62,464 bases of DNA, taken from positions 1 to 62,464 of the forward strand of contig NZ_JBAVNZ010000334.1 of NCBI RefSeq assembly GCF_049691595.1. The letters run 5' to 3'. The position numbers and the translations under genes were made by a program. Positions 19,916 through 30,439 of this stretch are shown in pieces (within the stretch, counting starts at the first letter, position 1; every line of letters starts with the position of its first letter). The DNA comes from Bradyrhizobium sp. (GTDB lineage: Bacteria > Pseudomonadota > Alphaproteobacteria > Rhizobiales > Xanthobacteraceae). Below the pieces are notes generated by a model. The model worked only from the letters and a program-made list of their open reading frames with translations. It did not search any database and was not told the origin of the DNA.

Positions 19916-20005
19916 GGACCTGAAGACGAAGACAGTGAGACGGCGCGGCAAGCAGGATTACCGCGCCGCCTTGACCCAACAAGTCAAAGCCGGGCGGAGC
20001 GCGCC

Positions 20006-20785
20006 ATGAGCGTTGGAAAAGTCTACCTGGTCGGGGCCGGCCCGGGCGATCCGGAACTGCTCACCTTGAAGGCGGCGCGGGTGATCAGGGAGGCGGACGT
20101 CGTCGTCTACGATCGCCTCGTGCCCGACAGCATCCTCGCCACGATCGGGGATGGCGCGGCCCGGATCAACGTCGGCAAGCAGGCAAGCTTCCATCCGGTG
20201 CCGCAGGAAGAAATCAACGAGATGCTGGTGCGGCTCGGCCGGGCCGGCCGGACCGTGGTGCGGCTGAAGGGCGGCGACCCCTTCATTTTCGGCCGCGGTT
20301 CCGAGGAGGCGGCCGAACTCGAGCGCGCCGGGATCCCCTATGAGGTCATTCCCGGCATCACCGCGGCGCAGGGCTGCGCCGCGTCGCTGCGAATTCCGCT
20401 GACCCATCGAGGGTTTGCGACCGGGGTGCGCTACGTCACCGGGCATCGCAAGGCGAACGAGCCGCTGGATCTGGACTGGGCGAACCTGGCAGACCCGGAG
20501 ACGACGCTCGTCGTTTACATGGGGCTGGCCAATATCGAGGAGATCGCCGGAAATCTCATCGCCAACGGATTGTCGCCGGACACCCCGGTTGTTGCGGTGT
20601 GTCAAGGCACGACCCTTCAGGAGCAGCGAATATGCACTTGGCTCGCAGCACTTCCAGCGGTGGCCCGGGAGGCAGGCTTTGCCGGTCCTGTTCTGTTCAT
20701 CATCGGTCGGGTCGCAGCGATCGCCATGCAGCGCAATGAGCACAACGATGCAACGGACGCCCGCGCGATCTCGGTTGTGGCCTAA
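20006..20785 (+). CDS. nirE: Uroporphyrinogen-III C-methyltransferase (heme d1 pathway)
   Basis: LVGAGPGDPELLTLKA, RLKGGDPFIFGRGSEE, IPGITAA. Confidence 0.95.
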   Translation: MSVGKVYLVGAGPGDPELLTLKAARVIREADVVVYDRLVPDSILATIGDGAARINVGKQASFHPVPQEEINEMLVRLGRAGRTVVRLKGGDPFIFGRGSEEAAELERAGIPYEVIPGITAAQGCAASLRIPLTHRGFATGVRYVTGHRKANEPLDLDWANLADPETTLVVYMGLANIEEIAGNLIANGLSPDTPVVAVCQGTTLQEQRICTWLAALPAVAREAGFAGPVLFIIGRVAAIAMQRNEHNDATDARAISVVA

Positions 20786-21086
20786 CGCGGCATTGGCGCT
20801 GATCGCGACGATGGCGCCGGCCTCGGCCGGCGAGGCTGCGCCCGATCCGGTCAAACTGGCCAATCTGGTGCGGCAGGACTGCGGTTCATGTCACGGGCTG
20901 ACCTTGAAGGGCGGGCTCGGAAAGCCCCTGACCGTCGAGCAACTCGGGCCGTGGGATCGCGACCAGCTCGTCCACATCATTCTCGATGGCATACCGGGTA
21001 CGCCGATGCCGCCGTGGCGTCCGCTGCTCTCCGAGCTCGATGCGCGCTGGATCGCCGACCGGCTCAAGCAAGGAAATTTGCCATGA
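20748..21086 (+). CDS. nirC: Cytochrome c55X (start uncertain)
   Basis: LVRQDCGSCHGLTLKGGLG, GTPMPPW. Confidence 0.9.
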   Translation: MQRTPARSRLWPNAALALIATMAPASAGEAAPDPVKLANLVRQDCGSCHGLTLKGGLGKPLTVEQLGPWDRDQLVHIILDGIPGTPMPPWRPLLSELDARWIADRLKQGNLP

Positions 21087-22261
21087 TCGTCGTCGCGCGA
21101 TGTCTTGCTGTTCTGTTGTTGCTTGCGATGCCGTCTATCGGGCTTGCCGACGGACTGCGCGGCACCGGCAACCTCGGCCTCGTGATCGAGCGTGCGACGG
21201 GCTCGGTGCTGATCGTCGATACCAGCGCCCGGCAAACGATCGGCCGAGTCGAGGGCGTCGGCGATCTCTCGCATGCCTCGGTCGTGTTCTCGCCGGATCA
21301 GCGCTACGGCTATGTCTTCGGACGCGATGGCGGACTGACCAGGATCGACCTGCTCACGGCGACCATCGCCGGGCGCGTGGTCCAGGCGGGCAATTCGATC
21401 GGAGGCGCCATTTCCGACGATGGCGAGCTGATCGCGGTTTCCAACTACGAGCCGGGCGGGGTGCGCGTGTTCGACGCCAGGACGCTGGCACAGGTGGCGG
21501 ACATTCCCGCCACGGGCGCCGACGGCCAGGCCTCGAAAACCGTGGGCCTCGTCGATCTGCCGGGCCGCCGCTTCGCCTATGCGCTCTACGATGCCGGCGA
21601 AATCTGGATCGCCGATCTTTCAAAGGTCGAGACCCCGGCGATCACCAGGCTGACCGGGGTCGGCAAGCTGCCCTATGACGGCAACGTCACGCCGGACGGC
21701 CGGCATTATCTGGCCGGCCTGTTCGGCGAGGATGGCGTGGTGCATGTCGACATGTGGCAGTCGCCGCTGAAGGCCGAGCGCATCCTCGACCATTATGGCC
21801 ACGGCGAGGAGCCGCTGCCGGTCTACAAGATGCCGCATCTCGAAGGCTGGGCGGCGATCGGCGACAGGCTGTTGCTGCCGGCGGTCGGCCGCCACGAGCT
21901 GATCGCGGTGGATACGCGCAGCTTCACCGAGGCCGGCCGCGTGGCCACCCACGGCCAGCCCGTGTTCGCGGTGGCGCGCCCCGATGGCCGCCATGTCTGG
22001 GTCAATTTCGCCCATCCGCTCAACGACACCATCGACATCGTCGATACCCTGACACTGAAGGTGATCCATCGCTTCGCGCCGGGACCTGCGGTGCTGCACA
22101 TGGAATTCACGCCGCGCGGCAACGAGGTCTGGGTCTCGCTGCGCGACGCCGACCGCGTCGATATCTACGACGCTGCGACCTTTGCGAAGAAGGGGCAGAT
22201 ACCAGCGCAAAAGCCATCCGGCATTTTCTTCACCGCACGTGCAACGAGGATTGGACAATGA
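21083..22261 (+). CDS. nirF: Heme d1 biosynthesis protein NirF
   Basis: Signal peptide; LSHAS, FGRDGGL, QAGNSIGG, YKMPHLEGW, PSGIFF. Confidence 0.95.
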   Translation: MIVVARCLAVLLLLAMPSIGLADGLRGTGNLGLVIERATGSVLIVDTSARQTIGRVEGVGDLSHASVVFSPDQRYGYVFGRDGGLTRIDLLTATIAGRVVQAGNSIGGAISDDGELIAVSNYEPGGVRVFDARTLAQVADIPATGADGQASKTVGLVDLPGRRFAYALYDAGEIWIADLSKVETPAITRLTGVGKLPYDGNVTPDGRHYLAGLFGEDGVVHVDMWQSPLKAERILDHYGHGEEPLPVYKMPHLEGWAAIGDRLLLPAVGRHELIAVDTRSFTEAGRVATHGQPVFAVARPDGRHVWVNFAHPLNDTIDIVDTLTLKVIHRFAPGPAVLHMEFTPRGNEVWVSLRDADRVDIYDAATFAKKGQIPAQKPSGIFFTARATRIGQ

Positions 22262-23247
22262 GCCCGGATCCCGCCGAACTGACACTGGTCGATCGCTGGC
22301 AGCACAATTTCCCGCTGGTCGACAAACCCTTCGAGGTCGTCGGCCGTTCCGCTGCGCTCAATGAACGCGAAACCATCGGGGTCTTTCGGCGCCTGCACGA
22401 GATCGGGGTGATCTCGCGCATCGGCGCGGTGGTCCGGCCGAACACTGTCGGCGCCAGCACGCTGGCGGCGCTGCAGGTTCCCCCCGAGCGGCTGGAAGAG
22501 GTGGCGGCGATCGTCAGCCGCGAGCCGCTGGTCACCCATAATTACGAGCGGACGCATGCGCTGAATCTCTGGTTCGTGATCGCGGGCACGGATGCTAGCG
22601 CGATTGCCGTGGCGATCCAGCGCATCAGGCATAAGACCGGGCTCGACGTGATCGATTTGCCGATGCTCCGAGCTTACCACCTTGGTCTCGGCTTTCCGCT
22701 CGGCGCCGCGCGTCCGCAGAGGCGGGAAGCAGCCGGCCCGCGCGGCGACTATCGTCCCGATTCGCGAGATCGCAACATCCTTGCCGCAATCGAAGACGGC
22801 CTGCCGTTGGTCGAGCAGCCTTACCGGGCGGTTGCCGCGCAACTCGATCTCGATCAAGCTGACGTCATCGGCCGGCTGGACCATCTAACTGCCGCCGGCA
22901 TCGTGACGCGCTTCGGCTGTGTCGTGCGCCATGACAAGCTCGGATACCATGCCAACGCCATGGCGGTGTGGGACGTGCCGGATGACATGGTCGATGCCGT
23001 CGCAGCCAGTTTCACGCGCAATCCGAACGTCACCTTGTGCTACCGGCGGCCGCGCCGTCTCCCGCACTGGCCCTACAACATTTTTTGCATGGTTCACGCC
23101 AAGTCCCGGCATGACGCTTACGCGGTCATCGACGAAATCAATCTCCTGGCCGATACCGGCTTGAACAAGCAGGCGGTGCTGTTTTCGACGCGTTGCTTCA
23201 AGCAACGCGGCGCTGTCTTCTCTAATTCCAGACAAGGGTCGAACTGA
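22258..23247 (+). CDS. nirD: Siroheme decarboxylase NirD-NirL fusion
   Basis: Two AsnC-like halves: HNYER..NLWFV and ANAMAVWD..LCYRR..WPYN. Confidence 0.9.
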   Translation: MSPDPAELTLVDRWQHNFPLVDKPFEVVGRSAALNERETIGVFRRLHEIGVISRIGAVVRPNTVGASTLAALQVPPERLEEVAAIVSREPLVTHNYERTHALNLWFVIAGTDASAIAVAIQRIRHKTGLDVIDLPMLRAYHLGLGFPLGAARPQRREAAGPRGDYRPDSRDRNILAAIEDGLPLVEQPYRAVAAQLDLDQADVIGRLDHLTAAGIVTRFGCVVRHDKLGYHANAMAVWDVPDDMVDAVAASFTRNPNVTLCYRRPRRLPHWPYNIFCMVHAKSRHDAYAVIDEINLLADTGLNKQAVLFSTRCFKQRGAVFSNSRQGSN

Positions 23248-23699
23248 TGCCGGTCATCGATCCGACGGGGAAAGCGATCATCAACGGCCTGCAAGGCGGA
23301 TTTCCGTTAACGCGGCGGCCTTTTCGCGACGCAGGGGCGGAACTTGGATTGAGTGAAGACGAACTGATCGAAGGCGTCCGCGATCTGGTTGAGGCGGGAC
23401 AATTAAGCCGCTTCGGTCCACTGTGGAATGCGGAATTGCTCGGTGGCGGCGTCTGTCTTGCAGCTGTCGCTGTGCCACCCGAGCGGTTCGATGAAGTAGC
23501 GGACCAGGTCAACGCCCATCCCGAAATTGCGCATAACTACGAGCGCACCCACGCGCTGAATATGTGGTTCGTCGTGTCCGCGGAAGACCCCCGGCAAATT
23601 GCCCGGGTGTTAACTGAAATCGAGTCGGAAACCGGTCTCGCGGTCCTTGCCATGCCCAAGGTGAGTGAGTTTTTCGTCGGCTTCCGCGTGGAGGTGTGA
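23247..23699 (+). CDS. nirG: Siroheme decarboxylase subunit NirG
   Basis: LQGGFP, SRFGP, HPEIAHNYER. Confidence 0.9.
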   Translation: MPVIDPTGKAIINGLQGGFPLTRRPFRDAGAELGLSEDELIEGVRDLVEAGQLSRFGPLWNAELLGGGVCLAAVAVPPERFDEVADQVNAHPEIAHNYERTHALNMWFVVSAEDPRQIARVLTEIESETGLAVLAMPKVSEFFVGFRVEV

Positions 23700-24178
23700 A
23701 GTTGCTTGATTCCGTCGACCGCAGGATCGTTGCGGCTACTCAGGCTGGCCTTCCCCTGGTGCGCGAGCCATATCGGGCGATCGCCGAGCAGGTTGGCATC
23801 GACGAGGCAGCCGTCATCGCCCGGCTGAAGCGGTTGCTTGATGAGGGTGCCATCCGGCGAATTGGCGCCATCCCCAATCATTACGCGCTTGGTTTCACGG
23901 CTAACGGCATGTCGGTGTGGGACGTGGCGGACGATGCCGTTGCCGGCATCGGCGCGAAGATAGGCGCGCTCGACGAGGTCACGCATTGCTATCAGCGTCC
24001 GCGCCATCTGCCGCTGTGGCCCTATAACCTGTTCGCCATGGTGCACGGCCATACGCGGGAGGAGGTCAGGGGCAAGGTCGCCCAAATCGCGGAACTGATC
24101 GGTACTGCCGCGCGCTCGCATGACATCCTGTTCTCAACCCGGATCTTGAAAAAGACCGGATTGCGCATCGCCGCGTGA
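23696..24178 (+). CDS. nirH: Siroheme decarboxylase subunit NirH
   Basis: PNHYALGFTANGMSVWD, HCYQRP, ILKKTGLR. Confidence 0.92.
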   Translation: MKLLDSVDRRIVAATQAGLPLVREPYRAIAEQVGIDEAAVIARLKRLLDEGAIRRIGAIPNHYALGFTANGMSVWDVADDAVAGIGAKIGALDEVTHCYQRPRHLPLWPYNLFAMVHGHTREEVRGKVAQIAELIGTAARSHDILFSTRILKKTGLRIAA

Positions 24179-24199
24179 ACCTGCAAGGAGCGCCGCCTC

Positions 24200-25408
24200 A
24201 TGTTTCGCCTCAGTCACCATCTGCACCAACTGCATGCGCCGACGCCGCTCGGCCCGGGCCGCCAGCCGCCGGGACCGGTGGTGATCTGGAACCTGATCCG
24301 GCGCTGCAACCTGACCTGCAAGCACTGCTACTCGATTTCGGGCGATGTCGATTTCCCCGGCGAACTGTCGACGCCGGAAGTGTTTCGCGTCATGGACGAC
24401 CTCAAGGCGTTTCGCGTGCCGGTCCTGATCCTGTCCGGGGGCGAACCCCTGATGAGGCGCGACATCTTCGAGATTTCCGAACGCGCCAAGGCCATGAAGT
24501 TCTATGTCGGCCTTTCCAGCAACGGCACCCTGGTCGATGCTCCGGTCGCCGACCGCATCCGCGATATCGGCTATGACTATGTCGGGATTTCGCTCGACGG
24601 AATCGGTGACACGCATGATCGTTTTCGCCGCAAGGCTGGCGCCTACGAGCAGGCGCTGAACGGTCTGCGGCTTTTGCGCGACCGCGGCATCAAGGTTGGC
24701 GTGCGGTTCACGATGACGGAGGATAACGCTGCGGAACTGCCGCGGATGCTCGATCTGGTGGAGCGCGAGGGCTTTCCGAAATTCTATCTGTCGCATCTCG
24801 TCTACGCCGGCCGCGGCAACAAGAATCGGGGCGACGACGCGATGTGGCAGACGACCCGCGATGCCATGGACATGGTGATCGAACGTGCCTGGCGCTGGAC
24901 TCAAAGCGGCAGCGAGATGGAAATCGTGACCGGAAATAACGACGCCGATGCGGTCTATCTGCTGCATTGGGCCGAGCGTACCATGCCGCACGCTGTGGCG
25001 GGCCTGCGCGCGCGGCTCGTGCAGTGGGGAGGCAATTCCTCCGGCGTCAACGTCGCCAATATCGACAATCTCGGCAACGTGCATCCGGACACGATGTGGT
25101 GGCATTACAGCATTGGCAACGTCAAGGCGCGGCCGTTCTCGGCGATCTGGAGCGACCTGTCCGACCCGATCATGGCAGGACTGAAGCAGAGGCGGCGCGT
25201 CATCGGCGGACGCTGCGGTCAGTGTGCTTATTTCGACACCTGTAACGGCAACACCCGGGTGCGGGCGATGCGCATCACCGGCGATCCCTGGGCCGAAGAC
25301 CCCGGTTGCTATCTCACCGATGCCGAGGTCGGTCTTGCCCAACCGGTGCAGCGCGTCACGGTCAGCGCCTACCGCGGAGAACGCCATGAAGCGCCGCTTT
25401 CTCTCTGA
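24200..25408 (+). CDS. nirJ: Heme d1 biosynthesis radical SAM protein
   Basis: MFRLS start; WNLIRRCNLTCKHCY; C-terminal SPASM-type Cys motif. Confidence 0.95.
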   Translation: MFRLSHHLHQLHAPTPLGPGRQPPGPVVIWNLIRRCNLTCKHCYSISGDVDFPGELSTPEVFRVMDDLKAFRVPVLILSGGEPLMRRDIFEISERAKAMKFYVGLSSNGTLVDAPVADRIRDIGYDYVGISLDGIGDTHDRFRRKAGAYEQALNGLRLLRDRGIKVGVRFTMTEDNAAELPRMLDLVEREGFPKFYLSHLVYAGRGNKNRGDDAMWQTTRDAMDMVIERAWRWTQSGSEMEIVTGNNDADAVYLLHWAERTMPHAVAGLRARLVQWGGNSSGVNVANIDNLGNVHPDTMWWHYSIGNVKARPFSAIWSDLSDPIMAGLKQRRRVIGGRCGQCAYFDTCNGNTRVRAMRITGDPWAEDPGCYLTDAEVGLAQPVQRVTVSAYRGERHEAPLSL

Positions 25409-26951
25409 GGTCACCGGCGCGCTGCTGGCCGTCATCGGATCGACCGTTCCGGCCCTGGCGGAGCCGGACGCCGTCAAATTGTTCGCCGACAACTGCGCGG
25501 CGTGTCATGGCGCGGACCGGCTCGGCGGGCAGGGGCCCGCGCTGCTGCCGGAAAATCTCGGGCGTCTGATGGGACCGCGCGCCGCCGCGGTCATCGCCGA
25601 TGGCCGGACCGCCACGCAGATGCCGGGCTTCGGCGCCAAACTCGACAAGGACGAGATCGCGGCACTGGCCGCCTATATCTCGACGCCGCTGCCGCAGGTG
25701 CCTTCATGGGGCAGCGCGGAGATTGCCGCGAGCCGTATCATCCATGCTTCCGCGCCGCCTCTCGATCGCCCGCGCTTCGACGCCGATCCGTTGAACCTGT
25801 TCGTCGTCGTCGAGGCCGGCGACCATCATGCGACGATCCTTGACGGCGATCGCTTCGAGCCGCTGGCGCGGTTCCCGACCCGCTTTGCGCTGCACGGCGG
25901 TCCGAAGTTTACCCCCGACGGACGCTTTGTATTTTTTATGTCGCGCGACGGCTGGGTCAGCAAGTACGATCTCTGGACGCTGACGATGCTGTCCGAGGTG
26001 CGCGCAGGCCTCAACTCACGCAATATCGCGATTTCCCGCGACGGCAAGCATATCGCCGTCGCAAACTACCTGCCGCACAGCCTTGTTATTCTGTCGACGG
26101 AAGATCTCTCCGTCGAGAAGACGTTTGAGGCTAAGGACAGGCAGGGACATTCGTCGCGGGTATCAGCGATCTACCAGGCGCCGCCGCGTGACAGCTTCAT
26201 TGCGGCCCTGAAAGACGTGCCCGAAATCTGGGAAATCGCGACCGACCCAAATGCGCCGCCGGTCTATGCCGGTCTGGTACATTCGCACGAAAAAGGCATG
26301 ATCGAGGCGCTGCCATCATCGCAGGGTCTTTTCGCGCTGCGTCGCATCGAGACGCCCGAGCCGCTTGACGACTTCTTCTTCGATCCGCCCTATCGCAACC
26401 TGATCGGCTCTGCCCGGGACGGCAAGGCGATTGTCGTCAATCTCACCGTAGGGCGCGATATCAAGCAGTTGGACATGCCGGGCCTGCCGCACCTTGGCTC
26501 GGGAATTTCCTGGACCTGGAACGGCCGGCCGGTGATGGCGACCCCGCATCTGAAAGAAGGCAAAATCAGCGTGCTGGATATGCAAGACTGGTCGCTGATC
26601 AAGGTGATCGATACGCCGGGGCCAGGCTTCTTTATGCGCAGTCATGAAAACACGCCGTACGCATGGACGGACGGTATGCTGGGCGCAAAGAAGGATACGC
26701 TTTCGATCATCGACAAGCGAAGTCTCGAAATCGTCCGCACCGTGACGCCCGAGCCGAACAAGACTGCGGCGCATGTCGAATTCGACAAGGACGGGCGTCA
26801 TGCTTTGGTTTCGATCTGGGAAAATGATGGTGCATTGGTGATTTACGATGCCGCGACGTTCGTAGAAGTCAAACGCATCCCGATGTCGCGACCTTCCGGA
26901 AAATACAATGTGTGGAACAAGATCAACTTCTCCGATGGAACGAGTCATTGA
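25386..26951 (+). CDS. nirN: Dihydro-heme d1 dehydrogenase NirN
   Basis: Signal peptide, CAACH, ALHGGPKF, PHLGSG, FFMRSHE, PSGKYNV. Confidence 0.93.
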   Translation: MKRRFLSEVTGALLAVIGSTVPALAEPDAVKLFADNCAACHGADRLGGQGPALLPENLGRLMGPRAAAVIADGRTATQMPGFGAKLDKDEIAALAAYISTPLPQVPSWGSAEIAASRIIHASAPPLDRPRFDADPLNLFVVVEAGDHHATILDGDRFEPLARFPTRFALHGGPKFTPDGRFVFFMSRDGWVSKYDLWTLTMLSEVRAGLNSRNIAISRDGKHIAVANYLPHSLVILSTEDLSVEKTFEAKDRQGHSSRVSAIYQAPPRDSFIAALKDVPEIWEIATDPNAPPVYAGLVHSHEKGMIEALPSSQGLFALRRIETPEPLDDFFFDPPYRNLIGSARDGKAIVVNLTVGRDIKQLDMPGLPHLGSGISWTWNGRPVMATPHLKEGKISVLDMQDWSLIKVIDTPGPGFFMRSHENTPYAWTDGMLGAKKDTLSIIDKRSLEIVRTVTPEPNKTAAHVEFDKDGRHALVSIWENDGALVIYDAATFVEVKRIPMSRPSGKYNVWNKINFSDGTSH

Positions 26952-27706
26952 GCGCGGATAACAATGCGTCGCAGATGGCATTGCTGATCGCAGCTCACGG
27001 CGAAAGGCGGCTAGGCGCGAGGAACGCAGGCGTATGGCGTATCGCGCAAGCCGTTGCCGCCCAGAATCCTGTTTCGGAGGTTGGAGTAGGCTTCATCAGC
27101 GGTGCGCCGACCATCGGCGAGGCGTTCGCCACGCTGACCGCCCCCAGGGTCATTGTTTATCCGCTGTTCGCTTCAAGCGGCTATTTTACCCGCGATCGCC
27201 TCGTGCAACTGCTCGATGAGGCCAATAATGAGGGCCGCAGCGTCGAGGTACTCCCGCCGTTGGGTCTCGATCCGGGATTGTCGGACTTTGTGGTGGCGCA
27301 CGCCGCCGGGGCCGCGCGTCGAAGCGGATTTGCACCTCGGGCATCAACCGTCATCCTGTTGGCCCATGGCTCAAGGCGCAATTCGGCTTCGCGCGAGGCC
27401 ACGGAACGGATTGCGCGCGAGATCCGACATCGCGCCGAATTTCGCGACGTCCACATCGCCCTTCTGGAGGAGCGGCCTTTTCTTCGCGACGCCGCGGCAC
27501 TAGCTCCGGGGTCTGCCATCGTAGTTGGGCTCTTCTCCGGCGAAGGCATGCACGGCGCCAATGACGCCCCCCGACTCATCGCTGAACTGGATAGGAACGA
27601 CATCGTGTTCGCTGGTGTGATAGGCAGCTTCCCGGGAGTCGAAGAGCTGATCTCAACCGCCGTCACGAAAGCCCTTCGCGGGACGCCTGTTTTGGTTCCT
27701 GACTAA
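26948..27706 (+). CDS. cbiX: CbiX/SirB-type sirohydrochlorin chelatase (start uncertain)
   Basis: Two CbiX domains (AAHG..YPLF..GYF; LAHGS..LEERP..GMH); last gene of the nir operon. Confidence 0.8.
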   Translation: MSADNNASQMALLIAAHGERRLGARNAGVWRIAQAVAAQNPVSEVGVGFISGAPTIGEAFATLTAPRVIVYPLFASSGYFTRDRLVQLLDEANNEGRSVEVLPPLGLDPGLSDFVVAHAAGAARRSGFAPRASTVILLAHGSRRNSASREATERIAREIRHRAEFRDVHIALLEERPFLRDAAALAPGSAIVVGLFSGEGMHGANDAPRLIAELDRNDIVFAGVIGSFPGVEELISTAVTKALRGTPVLVPD

Positions 27707-27897
27707 TTCGGTAGCGGCGGCGCCCCCCATGGCAATGATCACTCCGCGAGGACGAACTTCGGCTTGACTGCCGAACTCTTGATGTCCAAGCCGCGCGGGG
27801 TCGCAGGAGAAGACCTGCATTAAAACCTCGCGCGGTCGGCTGACCGCGGATGGGTACGATAAATCGTGCCGATGTTATCGCTTAGGCGCGGCGACGA

Positions 27898-28515
27898 TTA
27901 GGATCCGGCGGCAAGGTCAACAAGCTCTTGAACCTCTCCCATCTGGTCCTGCACCAGCCAGTGGGTTAGATCGCCGCTCGATACGACGGCGAGCACCTTA
28001 CCGTTGTCCACAATCGGCAGGTGCCGGAATCGCCGCTTGGTGATCAATTCCATCGCGTCGCCAACCGTCGTCGTCGGACGGATGCAGCATGGATCCTTCG
28101 TCATCACCTCGGATACTTTCGTGTTGCCTGGATCAAGACCGCCAGCCAAAACTTTGTTCAGCGCATCCCGTTCTGTGAAGATGCCTATCAGTCGTTTGCC
28201 ATCCAAAACGATCAGGGCACCGATCTTACTGGCGGTCATCAAGCGCACACACTCGGTGACTGGAGTATCGGGTCCAACGGAGTGTATCGCCTTGCCTTCC
28301 TCGAATATTTTGTTCAATGGAGTCTGGCGCTTGTCTTCTCGTGGTTTCATGAAGTACACGCCCGCGATGACAATGATCGCGAATGCAATGAACACATACA
28401 ACTGCACCTGGCCCAAAAGGGTCGCCAGCAGGTCTTCCTGCGTAGCAGCAAATGCCGCGGAGGAAAGCAGTGCGAGACCGATTCCGATGCCCGATTTGTA
28501 AAGAAGCTTTTTCAT
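27898..28515 (-). CDS. CBS domain protein with N-terminal hydrophobic segments
   Basis: Signal-like MKKLLYK..AAFA plus a TM, then a CBS pair (GIFTERD; RFRHLPIV..VSSGDL). Confidence 0.85.
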   Translation of the reverse strand: MKKLLYKSGIGIGLALLSSAAFAATQEDLLATLLGQVQLYVFIAFAIIVIAGVYFMKPREDKRQTPLNKIFEEGKAIHSVGPDTPVTECVRLMTASKIGALIVLDGKRLIGIFTERDALNKVLAGGLDPGNTKVSEVMTKDPCCIRPTTTVGDAMELITKRRFRHLPIVDNGKVLAVVSSGDLTHWLVQDQMGEVQELVDLAAGS

Positions 28516-28529
28516 TGCCGTTGCTCCTC

Positions 28530-28970
28530 TCACGCGATGAGATTACGGTCCGCCTCGCGCATGATGGCTGTGATCCCGACAAGACCTCCGGCCTCGTCGG
28601 GGATGGCAATGAGCGCGACGTCGAGCATCACGCGCGTGCCATCCCGTCGCAGCCCCTCGACATCGAGCACGTGGTCGGGCCGGTAGTTGAGCACGCCAGT
28701 CGTCATGACGCGCCGGAAGTTGCGCCAATGGTTGACGCGCTCCTCCTCCGGAACCATGAGATCAAGAGTCCGCCCGATCGCTTGGCCTGCGCTGTGGCCG
28801 AAGATATGCTCGGCGGTCTCGTTCCAATCGCGAATGATCCCCTCGCGGTCCGCCGAAACGACCGCATGCGGGCCCGGCGCGAGCGCGGCTTGCGCGATGG
28901 CTTGTTCGCTTGCTGATAACACGGCGGCTTCTCCCCGTTGCGCGAGCGGTGCACATGCGGGCCGGATCAT
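28530..28970 (-). CDS. Stand-alone PAS domain protein (start uncertain)
   Basis: ADREGIIRDWNETAEHIFGHSAGQAIG...RRDGT. Confidence 0.75.
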   Translation of the reverse strand: MIRPACAPLAQRGEAAVLSASEQAIAQAALAPGPHAVVSADREGIIRDWNETAEHIFGHSAGQAIGRTLDLMVPEEERVNHWRNFRRVMTTGVLNYRPDHVLDVEGLRRDGTRVMLDVALIAIPDEAGGLVGITAIMREADRNLIA

Positions 28971-29302
28971 GTGTCCTATAGCACGCTGGCAACGCTCGAG
29001 TCTTCGTCGATATGCGGCCAATAACCATCGTTTGAAGGATGATGGCACTAAACTCCAACAACCGATACCGATCAGCGTCGTTTCGTAATTTGTGCACCGG
29101 GCGCTTGAGCGGGAAGGGCTGGCGGAGGACCGCCATTCCGCAGGCTATGTGCTGCATCGCGAGAAGATGACCGAGCGTGTCGTCGGCCGGGTGCTCGACA
29201 AAGAGGTCGGGCTTCTTTTTGCCTGCGGCAAAGTGGGCTGGCCATGCAGTGCGTAGGGGGCGCCGAAAACGCCGCAATAAGGCAACCCGGAGTATCCGCG
29301 GC

Positions 29303-30439
29303 CTATGGCAGGAAACTACTCACGTTGGCGAGTTTCCTTGGCAGGTAGTCGTCGATGACGAAATTAAGGCCCCATTTGGCCAGCGCCTGCTGCTCGGCGC
29401 GAACGCCCATCTGAAGCAATTGCTTGATGGCGGCGATCCACTCGGGATGAGCCTTGATGAACGGATCGTTCTGCAGTGCGTCTTGAGCGCGCTTGATGTC
29501 GGTCGCTGTCAGCTTGTGGGTCGCGTCCTCAAGACCAAAGTCGACAATATCCTGTGGCGTGACGCCCAGGAAGCGCGCCCGCGGCACGCACAGGAAGCGG
29601 TTTATGTGAGCCGCATTGCCGGAGCCGACCTTGAGCGTGCGGTAAATATTGGCAAAGCCATAGGGGTCGCAATCGACAAAGCAGTAGACCGGCAAATTCT
29701 GCTTGTCAGAAAGCAGGCGGACGAAGCGCCGTGTGGCGCGGGTCGGGACCCCGCCCATCTCGACGATGATGCATCGCGCTGTCTCCCAAAAACGGTGGTT
29801 ATTGAGGCGCTGAAACATGCCGCCGGTTTCGATCGCGAGCACGAATCGTGCATCGGTACGGAAAGTCAGCTGTTCGGCCGAGCGCGGGATGCTGTAGGCG
29901 CCGCTCCCCAGATTGGCGCAGTCGATCTCGATGGCTGCTCCCGTCGCGGGATTTCTGTCGACCACGGTCAGTCGTCCCGCGACCGAGCCGCCATGCGATT
30001 CCGGGTAGAAGCGAAGCTGTTCCCGCGATAGCCCTTGCATCGACGCCATCGCCTCAATGTCGTCCATAATGGCGTCCGATTCGGCCTGTTCGTCGAAGCG
30101 ACAGTCTCCCCAGTTCTTGCTGATGTAATAAACCTCGCGCTTGGTAGCGAAGTCGTCATGCTCGACCATCGCGCGTGAGGTTGCCATTAAACGCAGGGTC
30201 TGCGCGAACGACCGCGCGGTGGTCACCGTCAGCGAGCGCACCTTGCGTGCTTCGCCAAGCTCGAAATAGCCCTTCGCTTCATCATACGTGACATTGTCAA
30301 GACTACGGACCGGAAGCTTGATGTCTGGCAGCTTTCCGCTCTCGATGTTTGTGCGGACCTGTCCGGCAATCGATTCGATCAGTGTGATGGTTTTGTTATC
30401 CAGATCGCTGCGCGTGGCGTCGGAGTTACTGTTCTTCAT
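29303..30439 (-). CDS. top6A: DNA topoisomerase VI subunit A (Spo11-like)
   Basis: TKREVYY catalytic Tyr in WHD; Toprim IETGGMF, GGVPTRATR, DCDPYG; AEQQAL. Confidence 0.93.
   Translation of the reverse strand: MKNSNSDATRSDLDNKTITLIESIAGQVRTNIESGKLPDIKLPVRSLDNVTYDEAKGYFELGEARKVRSLTVTTARSFAQTLRLMATSRAMVEHDDFATKREVYYISKNWGDCRFDEQAESDAIMDDIEAMASMQGLSREQLRFYPESHGGSVAGRLTVVDRNPATGAAIEIDCANLGSGAYSIPRSAEQLTFRTDARFVLAIETGGMFQRLNNHRFWETARCIIVEMGGVPTRATRRFVRLLSDKQNLPVYCFVDCDPYGFANIYRTLKVGSGNAAHINRFLCVPRARFLGVTPQDIVDFGLEDATHKLTATDIKRAQDALQNDPFIKAHPEWIAAIKQLLQMGVRAEQQALAKWGLNFVIDDYLPRKLANVSSFLP

Noticed and set aside
19941..19987. Hairpin plus TTGAC-CCAACAA-GTCAA before nirE as an FNR box
   Set aside because: Spacer is 7 nt rather than 4 and it lies only 18 nt from the ATG; the hairpin lacks a U-tract and is at most an mRNA stability element
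29050..29300. Possible gene remnant between PAS and top6A
   Set aside because: No motif I can recognise with confidence
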